From Ginglymostoma cirratum (taxonomy: Eukaryota), in NCBI GenBank assembly GCA_024137785.1, contig JAHRHZ010000099.1, positions 2,092,494 through 2,156,493 of the forward strand: DNA of 64,000 nucleotides, read 5' to 3'. The translations under genes were made by a program, and so were the position numbers. Position 1 is the first letter of the stretch, and each line of letters starts with the position of its first letter. The notes beneath the pieces were generated by a model. That model saw only the letters and a list, made by a program, of their open reading frames with translations, was not told the DNA's origin and searched no databases. This document shows positions 52,225 through 64,000 of the stretch, in pieces.

Positions 52225-55200
52225 GGCCCGAAACATCAAGTTTTCCTGCTCCTATGATGCTGCCTGACCTGCTGTGTTCATCCAGCCCCATGCTTGTTAT
52301 CTCGGATTCTCCAGCATCTGCAGTACCTTTTATCTCTGATACAATTTTTACCCCTCTTAATTATTTACTGATATGTGCGCCCCACATTTCTGCTTTTTTA
52401 AAAATTTTATTGGTCTTCTCTGTATCGTTATTAGGGCACATAATGGAAGGACTCTTGAAATCCTGAAGAATTGCATCTGTGAAATGTATCACCACTACCT
52501 ACCTCCCATTTTTACCGTCCACAAATTCTCGAAACGATATTTCAAGCATGAGCTATTAGAACTGCGCTGACTATTCATTATTGTATCTACAGCTCCTAGA
52601 TATTTTATTTCACATGTGGAGTACATCACCACAAATGTTAAGCTGACCAGTCTATAATTCGGCCAGTTTTCTGTCTAAGTTATTTAACTTGGGCATTACG
52701 TTAGTTATCCAACAGTCTGGCACTGACTATTTTTCAGCAAATTGTTAAATATGTGCAGTAATGCCTTTTTAAAAATCTCCTTCCGGGGATGTTTTGAAAC
52801 GTGGAATTAATCATCTGGCTCAGGGTATTTATCGCGTTTGAGTTTCAATCATTTATTTCATATCTCTCTAATTGTAATTTAAGTGCCTCATTTCATCATC
52901 AAATGTGATGTCAACCTGCTCTGTTCCCCTGGTGACTACAGAAGCAAAATAATTATTTATGTTTCTGTATTTCTGCGCCGTTACCTGTGATGTAATCTCT
53001 TATCCTTCAATGACCTTCTTCCCAACTGAGTTTTCATGTCTATGCTAATAAAACATTTTACCTTAGTAAATGTTCCTCGATAATTTAATTCTGTAGTTCA
53101 CCTCCAACCTACAACTGTTTTGATGACTGCCCATCTAACATGTCCGTATCCTCTCATATTCATATTAAGACGGACGAATAAATAACACAAATACATATAA
53201 ATGAGTCTGATAAGTCGGCTATTGCAGTGACTTAGTTACAAGGCGACCAGTACTTAAATACTCGAGTCTATTTCAGAAAGACGAGAAAGAGGTTTTAGGA
53301 GGTGATTATGACTATGGTCTTGAATGAACGAGAAGTAGAATCAGTTTTGATTGAGATAAGAAATACCAAATAAAGAAAGTCACTGGTAGATTACAGGCGA
53401 ATAGCATAAACCAAACACCAGCAAAAAAAAAGCAAGTCTTCATATCATTTGACTGAAAGTGATTTGCAAAGGTAACAAGGAGGATAATGCCATACTGGAC
53501 AGTTTCTAAGAATATTACTTCCAGGGGCAAACAAGTCCAGGCCACTTTTGGCTTAAAAGTTTGAAATGAGTTGAGATCAACAAAAACCTTAATAGTAATA
53601 AATCATTTAGGCCAAGGTGATCTCAGCATAATAGAGTTCACATTCAGTTTGAAGGTGAGCAATGTGGGTCCAGAACTAATATCTTAAAGTTTATAAAGGA
53701 AATTCCAAGGTAACAAAGACGGAATTGTCAAAAATGGTCTGGGAAAGTGTGTTCAACATTAAGACAGCAGAAAAACAATAGAAACCATTCCAGGACATTT
53801 CTCTGAGAACAAATGACTTTTTGAGAACGATCCACAATCTGTAGTTAATGCTTTTAAAATATGACAGTATCAAATTCAAAAGAAAAGGTGTAAAATGATG
53901 TGAAATTGCTGGTAGGTCGAAAAGATTGGAAGTACTTTACAAGGCAGCAAAGGAAAACCGAAACAAATTGTAAAGTGGGAGTCTATGTGCAAGATGCTGC
54001 TCATGGAGAGTGGTGTGTGTGCTTGGGTTAGTGCTTTTTGACGAGAATTCAAGAGGGTATTAATTTGAATTGTGTCGCAGAATTCACTTGGGGGTAAGGG
54101 AGTGTGAGTTGTGGCTTGTGTTTGGAAGAGTCTTTATGGTAATGTGTAAGGATGCTGTTTGTGTGGGACAGTGCATATGTGGCATGGTTTGTGGTGGCGG
54201 AGAGGATAAATTTTGGGCAGAAGTCCAATGCACATCTGTGTGTTTAGTGCTGTTTGTGTAGGTGAAATGTGCACCAAAGGGATAGATTGTGAGCCAAGAG
54301 TTAGTGTGGGGCTGCTGTGCGAGTGAATATGTGGGGTGGGCGGTGGACTGATGCAGTGGACTCTTGTTTGTGAGGGAATAAGTGTATGAGGGATTGCGTT
54401 CATGGAGGGAGGTGCTGATGTAGTAAGAAGGCTGGCTTTTTGTGCGACGTTGTACAAGTTAGGCGATGGTATTTCTGTGCGGCTGATTGATCAATGTGGT
54501 GGTGACTGCGGTGTGGGTGAATTAAGTCAGATGCGAAATTTACAATGTGTATCCCATGTTCGGGACAGCCTTGCCCTCCGAGCTACAATGAATTCGCGAA
54601 CAAATGTAGCGTTAACACTTGCGGCTGATTAGCAAATATTGCCAGGAATTGTTTATAGAGTTCACTGAAGGCATTATTATACGTTCGAATAATGAAAGAG
54701 TTATTTGGAAACCTTCTTTCTGTTTCCCGCGCAGAATAGGGCGCAGAATGGAATGTGAAATTGTTAATTGTCCTAAGTCATGGCATCTGACTTCAACAAC
54801 TTTGTGTCCAGAGTAAATGGGAGCTGTTGACAGTCAGTGCTCGCGGTCTTCTGCGCAATTTCAGAAGTTACCCTCAATGTTCCTCTGAAATGACATCAGC
54901 TCACAATCGCAGGGCTGACAGGAACGCGGGTTCTGCAATTTAGAGAGCCCAAACTCTCTAAAATGAGCAATTCATAAACCTTTTGCAGACCCCTCCACAG
55001 TGCTGAACAAAATGTAAGTGCCATTTGACCTCCATGAAATCCTCTCTCCCTGCAACCATGAAATTAAAAGCTATATGGGAGAAATCCTGGTTCCCACAAT
55101 TGTGATAGTTTCTGGCTGGTTTTAATATTTAATCTCCAGGAGCGATGAATATTAAAATGAAAGGAATTCGAAATCACGTAGGATTAAGTAGGAGACCGGA

Positions 55201-55546
55201 GCAAGCAGCTTGATCTCATGTCCTCTGGAGTGATCATCAATTCCTTAAAGGCACGATTCCTTCAATTATCAAATTGATGTAAATAAGTGTCCCTTCAGGT
55301 GTGCACGAATTCAGTAACTGGTCAGTGTAATCGATCTTAAATGGTGTACAATTTCTGTTAAATAGGAACCTATGGAATTCCAAACCAAAAACCCAATCGT
55401 CATCTTAAGATGTCCAAAGCAGTTTCTGTTTAACAGCTTCAGCAAGTCCCGAATTAACCAAGCATTAAAAATGCCGAATATTCATTTTCACGAACGTCTG
55501 CGGAGCCAATTCCTCGAATCCAACGGTCAACCGTGACGTCATAGGA

Positions 55547-55554
55547 ATTTGCGT
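55547..55554 (+). promoter_or_regulatory. Mutated octamer (ATTTGCGT) of the pseudogene cluster
   Basis: Positionally homologous to 27961-27968 with one substitution. Confidence 0.7.
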
Positions 55555-55698
55555 AAGTAATAGATAGGACTTGATATCGTGCTGCGTAGAAGTCCTTAAA
55601 TAGAGGTTATAAGGTGTCGTATCATTAGCTTCAAGGTTATTAGGTTCGAGTGAGTGGGGAAACATTTTGTCCTAACTTTGATTTTAAAAATCTACAAA

Positions 55699-56225
55699 AT
55701 GAGCCAGTGGCCCTGATATTTGGTTTCCGATGTAAGTATGGCACTGTCAATGATTTATTTTTAATTCGGATTGCATTGCCACTCTTTGTACGGTGCTGAA
55801 GGGTTGCAGTAATTGACCTGGTTGAACCTCAATTACAATCATTCCTCACAGATTCAGAGTAAGGCTGCTTAATAACTTCTCAGCGCCAGGTACTGACGCT
55901 GGAACCGTGCTTACTCAACCGGGGTCCATCTCAACTTCATTGGGAAAAACGGTCACGATCACTTGGACCTTGTCCGGAGGAAGCCTGGGCAGTTATCATA
56001 CGAGCTGGGACCGGCAGAAGCCCGGCGGTGCCCCCGTTTATGTTTGGAACGGCCATCTGGCTGACAGAGGCCCGGGGATTCCTGACCGATTCACCGGATC
56101 CAAGAACCTTCTGCATCTAACTGCCTCCAATGTGCAGACCGAGGTCACTGATCATTATTGCGGCGCCTGAGAATACATCTCTGGTGGATTCACGTTCGGG
56201 AAGGGAACTAAACTGAATGTGGTCG
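55699..56225 (+). pseudogene. Ig lambda leader (55699-55731) plus germline-joined VJ (55890-56225) pseudogene
   Basis: Leader is 33 nt vs 49 nt (16-nt deletion, in-frame TGA); first V Cys is TGG; 12-nt FR3 deletion; CDR3 Trp codon is TGA; J FGKGTKLNVV followed by GTAGGT donor. Confidence 0.92.
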
Positions 56226-58679
56226 GTAGGTGGAAGTTTCACTGACTGCCCCTGAGATTCTTTTAATGTCAATTTGCGAAGTTCTAGATTTTTCCACTTG
56301 CACGGAAATGCTTTGAAACATATATTGCCCATTCCTCCACAATCGACAGGCATTTAGAATGAGGAGTTTTTCTATTTTATTTGCCAAAGGCTCCAAATGA
56401 TACTACAAAAAGCCAAAGTTTTGGATGATGTCCAAGAATATTCTAAATACCAGTTTGTGGTGTCTGAAGTGGTACAAATGAGTTTGATCCAGTTTAATTA
56501 TAATTCTTTACAGTTTGACATTTTCATAATGCTTGGTAATTTGTACAAGGCGCTATTGGAAAATACATGAATACTTCGCTTCTACGTATTCCTGCTGCGA
56601 ATAGTGTTATGTGCAGTCCTTTTAAAACATTTTAAGCGAACCTTTAACATGAGCGATCACACGCTGGTATTAAATATTCTGAATTGGAGTTGAAGCTTGT
56701 TTGCCTTCTGGGTAAACTCACTGATCTTAAGGCTGGCGAGACATTCTGAATAGAACTAAATTCATGACTTCTCTAGCAAGCAACAAAAATACGTTGTGGA
56801 TAACTTCGAAGTTACACGGTAACTTGCACTTTTCAAGAATCCGATGTTCATTTTTGGGGTAAGTGCCACTGAGATTAAAATGGCAACAGTGGTTTGTTTT
56901 TTAAACGACTTTAAGAACGGAGAAGGCGATTTTTTTTTGTGTTTTTGATGAAACCAGTAAATATTGGCTGGGGAGTGATTCACTGAATTCGTTCAAAAGT
57001 AGCGTCCTGGGTAATTGTAATCTCCGTGAGATTGACTGGTCCCCTTCAAGAGCTTTGGAAGATACTTCCTGCAATTGGCCACATAGTTGTCCCTTTTCTG
57101 TGTACCAAGAGGATGACGAGAAGCGGAGTGCGGGAGCTCTTCAGCAAATTGAGCTCCTTTCTCAATTTTTGTGTGTGTTTACAACACTTGGATAAATATC
57201 AGCAAATTGTTCTGCGCGTGGTTTAAAACCACTGAGAGACTCATATTTCCCAATCAGATGAATATTACCGCGGAATTAATATTCGTATTTTTTGTTTCTA
57301 GTCCAGTACCCTGAAGAAGGGTCACTCGACCGGCAGAGTTAACGTTGCTTCTCTCTCCACAGATGCTGCGAGACCTATTGAGCTTCTCCAGCAACTTTTG
57401 TTTTTGTTTCTTCTTTCCAGCATCCACAGTTCAATGTTTTATAATCACATTGTCCTTGTTTGCGAAATGCATTGAATTGTGTCAGGAAAGAAGAGTAACC
57501 TTACAAATGAAAGGGGACTCATAAACATTCATTTTGTAGAAGTACTTGGCTAACTGCCATAGAAAGGATGTCGCTTTGTGTTAGAGCATTTCTGTCTCAC
57601 ATTGTCTCTGTTGCAATACTTTAACAGAACAGGAGATTACTCATTCAAACGCCTTACCCGGCCGGCGTTTAGTCGTTTGTACAAGTTGATCATTTTCTTA
57701 CGTTTGGATCAAAACATTTTAACCCCCTTTCCAGAAGCTCCATTGGAACAAAGGAACATTAGCCCAGTGAGCCTACACCATCATACAATATACCTTTAGC
57801 AATATACCTTTAGGCTGCATTGAATTTCCTTAGCACCTATATCTTCATAATTTTGCCCTACAAAAATGAACCAATTTCACTCCTTACAATTTCAATTTAC
57901 CAAACCGTTCAGGGCCATGCAATATCAATCTTCCATCGCCCTTTCCTTTAAAACAGACTTTCCGATGTCACTTGGTGATTATCTACGCGAACGTGCCATG
58001 GTATTTCAGTAATAGTGATTTTGAGGGAGGACAGCATTGCCATAACTATCTTTCTTTGCATGAGGCCGTCAATCGTGATACTTTGAGCCCTGGAATTCTT
58101 ACCGCTGCCAGGCTAACTCATCCTAAGATGCATCTAAAAGCGACGAACTAATTCAGTTTTGAGTTCTTTGATCGCACGAAGAATTAACCGCCGTCGAAGG
58201 TTCACCTATGTCTCCTTGTTTACGTAATCATAGAGGAACCATATTCGACCACTGACATTTGACTTAAGTAGATAGTGAATAAAATAAGCCTCGTAAATAA
58301 AACAAGCAGCTGCAAATGCCATGCTGTGCGGTGAATGACTCCTGCGATTCTTCAGTGGTGCTTAGTAATGAAAATAGATTGCGAACAACTGCTTGAAAGC
58401 AAAATCCTAAATTTCAGGACTTAATTTAAGTAAGGATGAATTGCCTGTCAGTTCCCTTTTCCGGGCTACACTGTTCCCACAGATTTCGTTGAATTCGTTA
58501 CATAGATTTCACAGTCAGCGGTCACTGTGTGATTAGTTAATGGAAGTTACAAACCTGTCAATGTTCAGCATATAGCTTGTACACTTGGATATGAAAAAAT
58601 TGAAAATGAAACTCGTTTAATTTCGACAGTTTGTATCTAATCAGCAGTAGATCTTTTACTCTCTGTTTCACCTTTTCTT

Positions 58680-58990
58680 CCCTCGGTTTTCCTCCTTCCT
58701 CCTTTATCGGTTCAGATCACGGAAAAAGACTCGGCGACCTTGGTGTGTTTAGTGAGAGGTTGTGTCCCGGACGCCGCAGAGATTGAGTGGACTAGAAATG
58801 GCAGTGTTAGAGGGGATGGCGTTGAAACCAGTCGGCTCCCGCAAGAGGCGGACAACACTTTCAGTGTGAGCAGTTATCTGACTCTGTCGGATCAGACTGG
58901 GACTCACACGAGCTTTATTCCTGTGGAGTTAAACACGAGGCTTTACAGAAGCCGCTAAAGGCGAGCATTGAGAGGTCCAGCTGCACGTGA
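58680..58990 (+). pseudogene. Ig lambda constant pseudo-exon of the second cluster
   Basis: ATLVCLVRGC..EIEWTRNGSVRGDGVETSRL.QEADNTFSVSSYLTLS; splice acceptor and first codons deleted; 1-nt frameshift near 58890; ends RSSCT-TGA; AATAAA at 59201. Confidence 0.9.
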
Positions 58991-59718
58991 TCTTAGAATT
59001 TTCTGTATTCCTCTACTTTACCTTCAGTAAACGTCGCTTCGGCGAAATTCGAGTTTACACCTGGATTTTTGTAATTTTGATTGCTGAATTTGAGATCATA
59101 ACCAAACGCCGAATTAATTTGTTTGTTTAATTCCATTCCTTGTAATGCGAGAGTTTGTTTTACCTGTTATTATCTCATCTTCTCTGTATCATTGTAATGC
59201 AATAAAATGTTCCCTTATTGTCTCAGTTGATTCTCTCCTTTTCTTGCTTTAATTATATTTGATTTTAGGACCAATTTAAATGTCCAAGTGACGAGGTTCT
59301 ATCTTGGAAAACTTGTGCAAATTTATATAAAATCGTAAAACTCTTGTTGGAAGCACTGATTTTACACAATGAATGGTTGATCACTTAGCAATAAGATAAC
59401 TTAACAAATTCTAAGCTCTCTAAATGTTTTTTGTGCATTGATTGAAGCACAGTGTGTTTTACTGTGGCGATTATTTGTTCTTTAGAGCCTCGGTGGAATA
59501 GCAGCCAAGTACAAAATAGAGTCATAGAAGTCAGGCAGTGGGGAGAAAGATGCCATTCCGCCCATCGAGTCTCTATTGACGCACCAATGAGTATCCCATC
59601 CAGACCCTTAGTCAACCCGCGTCTATGTCTGACTGTGGGAGGGAACCCATGCACACACAGGAAAATGTGCAAACTCCACAGACAGTTGCGCAAGGCTGGA
59701 ACCTAACCCAGGTCGCTA

Positions 59719-59848
59719 CCCTGATGAAGGGTCTAGGTCCGAAACGTCAAGCTTTCCTGCTCCTACGATGCTGCTTGACCTGCTGTGTTCATCCAGCTCC
59801 ACACCGTGTTATCTCGGATTCTCCAGCATCTGCAGTACCTATTATCCT
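59719..59848 (+). mobile_element. Family A monomer starting at the hammerhead core, inserted in a SINE
   Basis: CTGATGA-AGGGTCTAGGTCC-GAAACGTC at 59721-48; TSD AGGTCGCTA. Confidence 0.8.
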
Positions 59849-59999
59849 AGGTCGCTAGCGCTGCGCGATACTCGTGCTAACCGCTAACCCACCGTACAGC
59901 CCATGCACGTGTGCGAAGATCGAAAAATATTAGAAATTAGCACATTTTAACCCAAAGCATTGGTAAACTACGATGGGCTGGAAAGGGAAGTACTGATTA

Positions 60000-60126
60000 G
60001 AGATAAAAGGTACTGCAGATGCTGGAGAATCCGAGATAACAAGCATGGGGCTGGATGAACACAGCAGGTCAAGCAGCATCATAGGAGCAGGAAAACTTGA
60101 CGTTTCGGGCCTAAACCCTTCATCAG
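60000..60126 (-). mobile_element. Family A monomer
   Basis: Core at 60099-60126; TSD AGTACTGATTA (59989-99 / 60125-35). Confidence 0.85.
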
Positions 60127-63117
60127 TACTGATTATTGATTTTTGACGTACAAAATAATTGCACTCGGTCAATCGAATTTGCACCGCTTGTTCGAATAAA
60201 ATAGCTCCAAATTCCTGCAATTTTCATTCTCAAGTATGGAGTGATCCTCTCAGAATTCTTCCTCCGTAGTTAAAACTCCCATATCCTTGATCAAACGAAG
60301 GCTCCATAAGCAATGGCATGCATTTTGAATTTATTGTAATTGCATTGATCATCGGTATTTGAAACGGACACTATAAGTTTCCTTCGAATCAAGGATGACG
60401 TTTTGAGTGTTTTATGGACATAGAAAACTGCTGAACTTGGATAATTTGACAAAAACAGAATGCATTTTAAGTCGATGCATTGAAAATTATTGACATTACA
60501 ATGGGAGAATTTAGTTTAAGAACAAATAAAACGTCGTGATAAAATAAAAAGCAAACTTACGAGATCTTAACCTAAATGATAAGGGGCCGCCTGGTACACA
60601 TGAGATTAATGAGAAGGGATACAAAATAATAGTTGAGAGGGAGCTCCAAGCTCAGAACTAATACAGCAAACATCAGTTTAGTATTTGGATGAAATGATAC
60701 CGAGTGCCGATGTTAGGCTGGAGTGGACAAAGTCGAAGTCATACAACACCCGGTTACAGTCCAACAGATTTATTTAAAACCAATATTCATTTTGATTTTA
60801 AATAAGTCTGTTGGACTATAACCTGGTGTCCTGTGACGTTTGACTTTATTCAGTTGAAAGGTCGCGATCTGAAACTTGAACAGCTTCTCAGACTTGCCGA
60901 ATATCTGCAGCATTTCTTTTTTGTTTCATTTCATCTATCCCTGTTTGCTAATTTGTATATACGAAATTATTCATCGCAAGGTTCAGTTTTAGCTTGCGAA
61001 ATACCATGAGCAATATAGTTTGTATGCTGTGAATAGACATTCAACTCGCGCATTGATAGTTAGTTCTTGTAGTCTTAACTGCGACCTCAAATATCAATGA
61101 ACTTCCGTCAAAGTATCAGTTGCAACCTGGGTCTGCGAATCTGACTATTATTTTTAAAGGACAGTTTGGACAAGCTGGAGCAGAATCCAAAGTGGTGGAT
61201 ATCTGACCAGTGATTCTGAGACTGATGATCCCCGACACCAAGCCCAATTCACATTGGAGACAATTTGGAAACAGGAATTGTTGTCAGTGTTATAAAAGTG
61301 TACGTGCATTTGGACATTTAGAAGAATATGCACATGAAAACATCGCATGTCATGCCTGTGACTGTCTGGAGGCAAGTGTATTGATGCTGCACTGCAACCC
61401 CCTCGGACGAGTTGGTTCTGAAGCTGAAATCCGAAAGAATTCTAAATGTAACAAAAGCGATGTTGGTGCAATTTCAGTTTGCAATTGCTGAGAGATTGAG
61501 AATAAGAGTTTAAAAATGAAGCAGAACACGCAGCAAAGCGCTTAGGTTCGCTAGCAGTAAGTAGCAACAGTTGCTGGGAAACATGCTGTTAACTAGAGAG
61601 GAATTGCGTAGGAGTAACATGGGGAACAACGAGGAGGTATTAAACTTATTTGCAATGCAAAAGTTAATAATACTAGGCTTGTCATATCAAGTGTACAAAA
61701 TATTAGCAAAAGAAGACCCACAAGCCTTTAGCCAGATTTTCACGGTGCGATGAAAGGTCTGGTGATCTCTATGTATATATTATATAAGGATATAAAATAG
61801 ATTAATGTTATTTTTATAGTTTGGATTTCAAACTAGGTGCATATGGGCGTTGGTTACTTTTGTGGAAGGTAGCGTTTGCAGACCTCCCCGAAGTGTTTGA
61901 TATTGTGGGGTTTGCTCCAGGGAGTGTAACCACTGAACACTAGTCATAGTGGATTCAACACGTTAACTGTTTCGCCTTTCAGAGAGGCTGCCGATTCTAT
62001 TGCGTTTCTCCAACACTCTCTGTAATTGTTTCAAGCTTGCAACATCTGCAGTATTTTGCTTTTATTATGTAACTGGTGGAGTGTCACAGGAAACAATATT
62101 GGGCTAATAACTATTTATATTCTTTATAAATGACTTGGATAAAGACACCGAGTGCAGTATCAATAATATTTGCTGACGATGCAAAGTTAAGCACGGATTC
62201 AAGTTGTGAGGAGGACAAAATAGTCAATAGAGGATAGTGAGCAGGTTAAGTGAGTGGGCAAAGCATTGGCAGATGGATTATAATGTGAGAATATGCGACA
62301 TTGTGCTTTTTGTTAGGTAGCAGAGTATTGTTTAAATTGAGACAACGTGCCAGAAGCTGTCATACCGAGGTATCGAGGTGTTGTTGTACACGAAGCACAA
62401 AATTCAGCATGAAACTGTAGCAGCTAATCAGGAACATAAATTAAATGTTATTGTTTAATAGAAGGGGGATGAAGTGTAAATTTAAGTAAGTCCTGGTGCA
62501 ATTGCGTAGGGCGCTGTTGAGACCACGTTGAGTGATGCATTGAATTCAATAACCATCTGAAATGAACTGTTGGTTCAATGCTGACCATGAAACATTCGTC
62601 ATAAAAAAAACCCATCTGGTTTACTGTAACATACTTTGAGGAAGGAAATATGTCATCCTTCCTGATTTGGACTACAAGTGGCTCCAGACCACAACAACGT
62701 GGTTGACTTTTCACAGCCCTTTGGACAACTAAGTGTCGGTAACAAATGGCCAAATTCCTTGAACGTATAAAACAAAATCGCTGGGTTAATTCCTAGAATG
62801 AATCGTTGGATCTATACTTATTCATGTTCAAAAGAACGAGAGGAGTTCTATTTTAGGTATTCGCTCATTAGCTCCATGCCTTTACCCTTGTTCTGAGATT
62901 TCTTACCTCTTCATTCCTGCCTACTTGTTTATGATGATCCTACTTAAAATTGCAGACTTGACTACCTCCTTACATGACTAGCTGTTAAGTTGTGTTTGAC
63001 AGCCCTCTTTTGAGACTTCTTGTGAAGTACAATACGGCAAAGTCAGCGAGCAAATACAGCATCTCCTTGTGGTTCTATTTGCGTTAATTAAGCAACAACG
63101 ACACCTAAGGTTACCAA

Positions 63118-63676
63118 AGATAAAAGGTACTGCAGATGCTGGAGAATCCGAGATAACAAGCATGGGGCTGGATGAACACAGCAGGTCAAGCAGCATCATA
63201 CCTGCTCCTATGATGCTGCTTGACCTGCTGTGTNNNNNNNNNNNNNNNNNNNNNNNNNNNNNNNNNNNNNNNNNNNNNNNNNNNNNNNNNNNNNNNNNNN
63301 NNNNNNNNNNNNNNNNNNNNNNNNNNNNNNNNNNNNNNNNNNNNNNNNNNNNNNNNNNNNNNNNNNNNNNNNNNNNNNNNNNNNNNNNNNNNNNNNNNNN
63401 NNNNNNNNNNNNNNNNNNNNNNNNNNNNNNNNNNNNNNNNNNNNNNNNNNNNNNNNNNNNNNNNNNNNNNNNNNNNNNNNNNNNNNNNNNNNNNNNNNNN
63501 NNNNNNNNNNNNNNNNNNNNNNNNNNNNNNNNNNNNNNNNNNNNNNNNNNNNNNNNNNNNNNNNNNNNNNNNNNNNNNNNNNNNNNNNNNNNNNNNNNNN
63601 NNNNNNNNNNNNNNNNNNNNNNNNNNNNNNNNNTATGATGCTGCTTGACCTGCTGTGTTCATCCAGCCCCATGCTT
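63118..63676. mobile_element. Family A fold-back element spanning assembly gap 63234-63633
   Basis: TSD CCTAAGGTTACCAA (63104-117 / 63677-690). Confidence 0.8.
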
Positions 63677-64000
63677 CCTAAGGTTACCAATCTGACTATT
63701 CAAATTGAGCGCTCATTATCTCCTTTTTATTCCTTCTTGAAAGTCAGAAAAACAACTGTAAAAATAAAGCAGACTCGTCTAGTCTACCAGGTCCATCTTA
63801 TCCAGTCATGGGCGACCTGCATTTTAAGATTTTGCCTCCTTCTATTCGACTTTTGTTTTTAAAAAATCATTGTAAACACCCAAATTAGGTCACATTGTAA
63901 TATCCTATATTCATCGAGTATGAGCGTGGGGTTCACCAATCTCACCAGTACGACTACCAATCTATGAAGCTCTTTGTTAAGAGAAGCAAAAAAATAGAAA

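Noticed and set aside
54996-55020. RSS heptamer CACAGTG followed by ACAAAA
   Set aside because: Spacer is only 4 nt; no nonamer at 12 or 23; no adjacent V.

Overview
Repeat-rich vertebrate DNA, almost certainly from a shark or other elasmobranch (HE1/V-SINEs, CR1 LINEs, cluster-type Ig genes). Host genes: (1) a GP1BB (platelet glycoprotein Ib beta) orthologue on + (coding exon ~10975-11561); (2) an apparently intact, germline-joined (no RSS) type II/lambda Ig light-chain cluster on - (octamer promoter, leader 27779-27827, fused VJ 27281-27631, C 24200-24540); (3) an orphan lambda C pseudo-exon on - (~43374-43669); (4) a second, divergently oriented, fully pseudogenised L-VJ-C cluster on + (55699-58990). 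The rest is mostly retroelements: one young 5'-truncated CR1 with an open RT frame, many old CR1 fragments, solo LTRs with 4-bp TSDs, Penelope-like elements in inverted arrangement, and several families of small TSD-flanked fold-back elements carrying minimal hammerhead-ribozyme motifs with covarying stems. There is also a near-perfect ~1.15-kb inverted duplication ending at the CR1 5' junction, and two 400-N gaps. All alignments were made by eye; identities are approximate and no searches were run.
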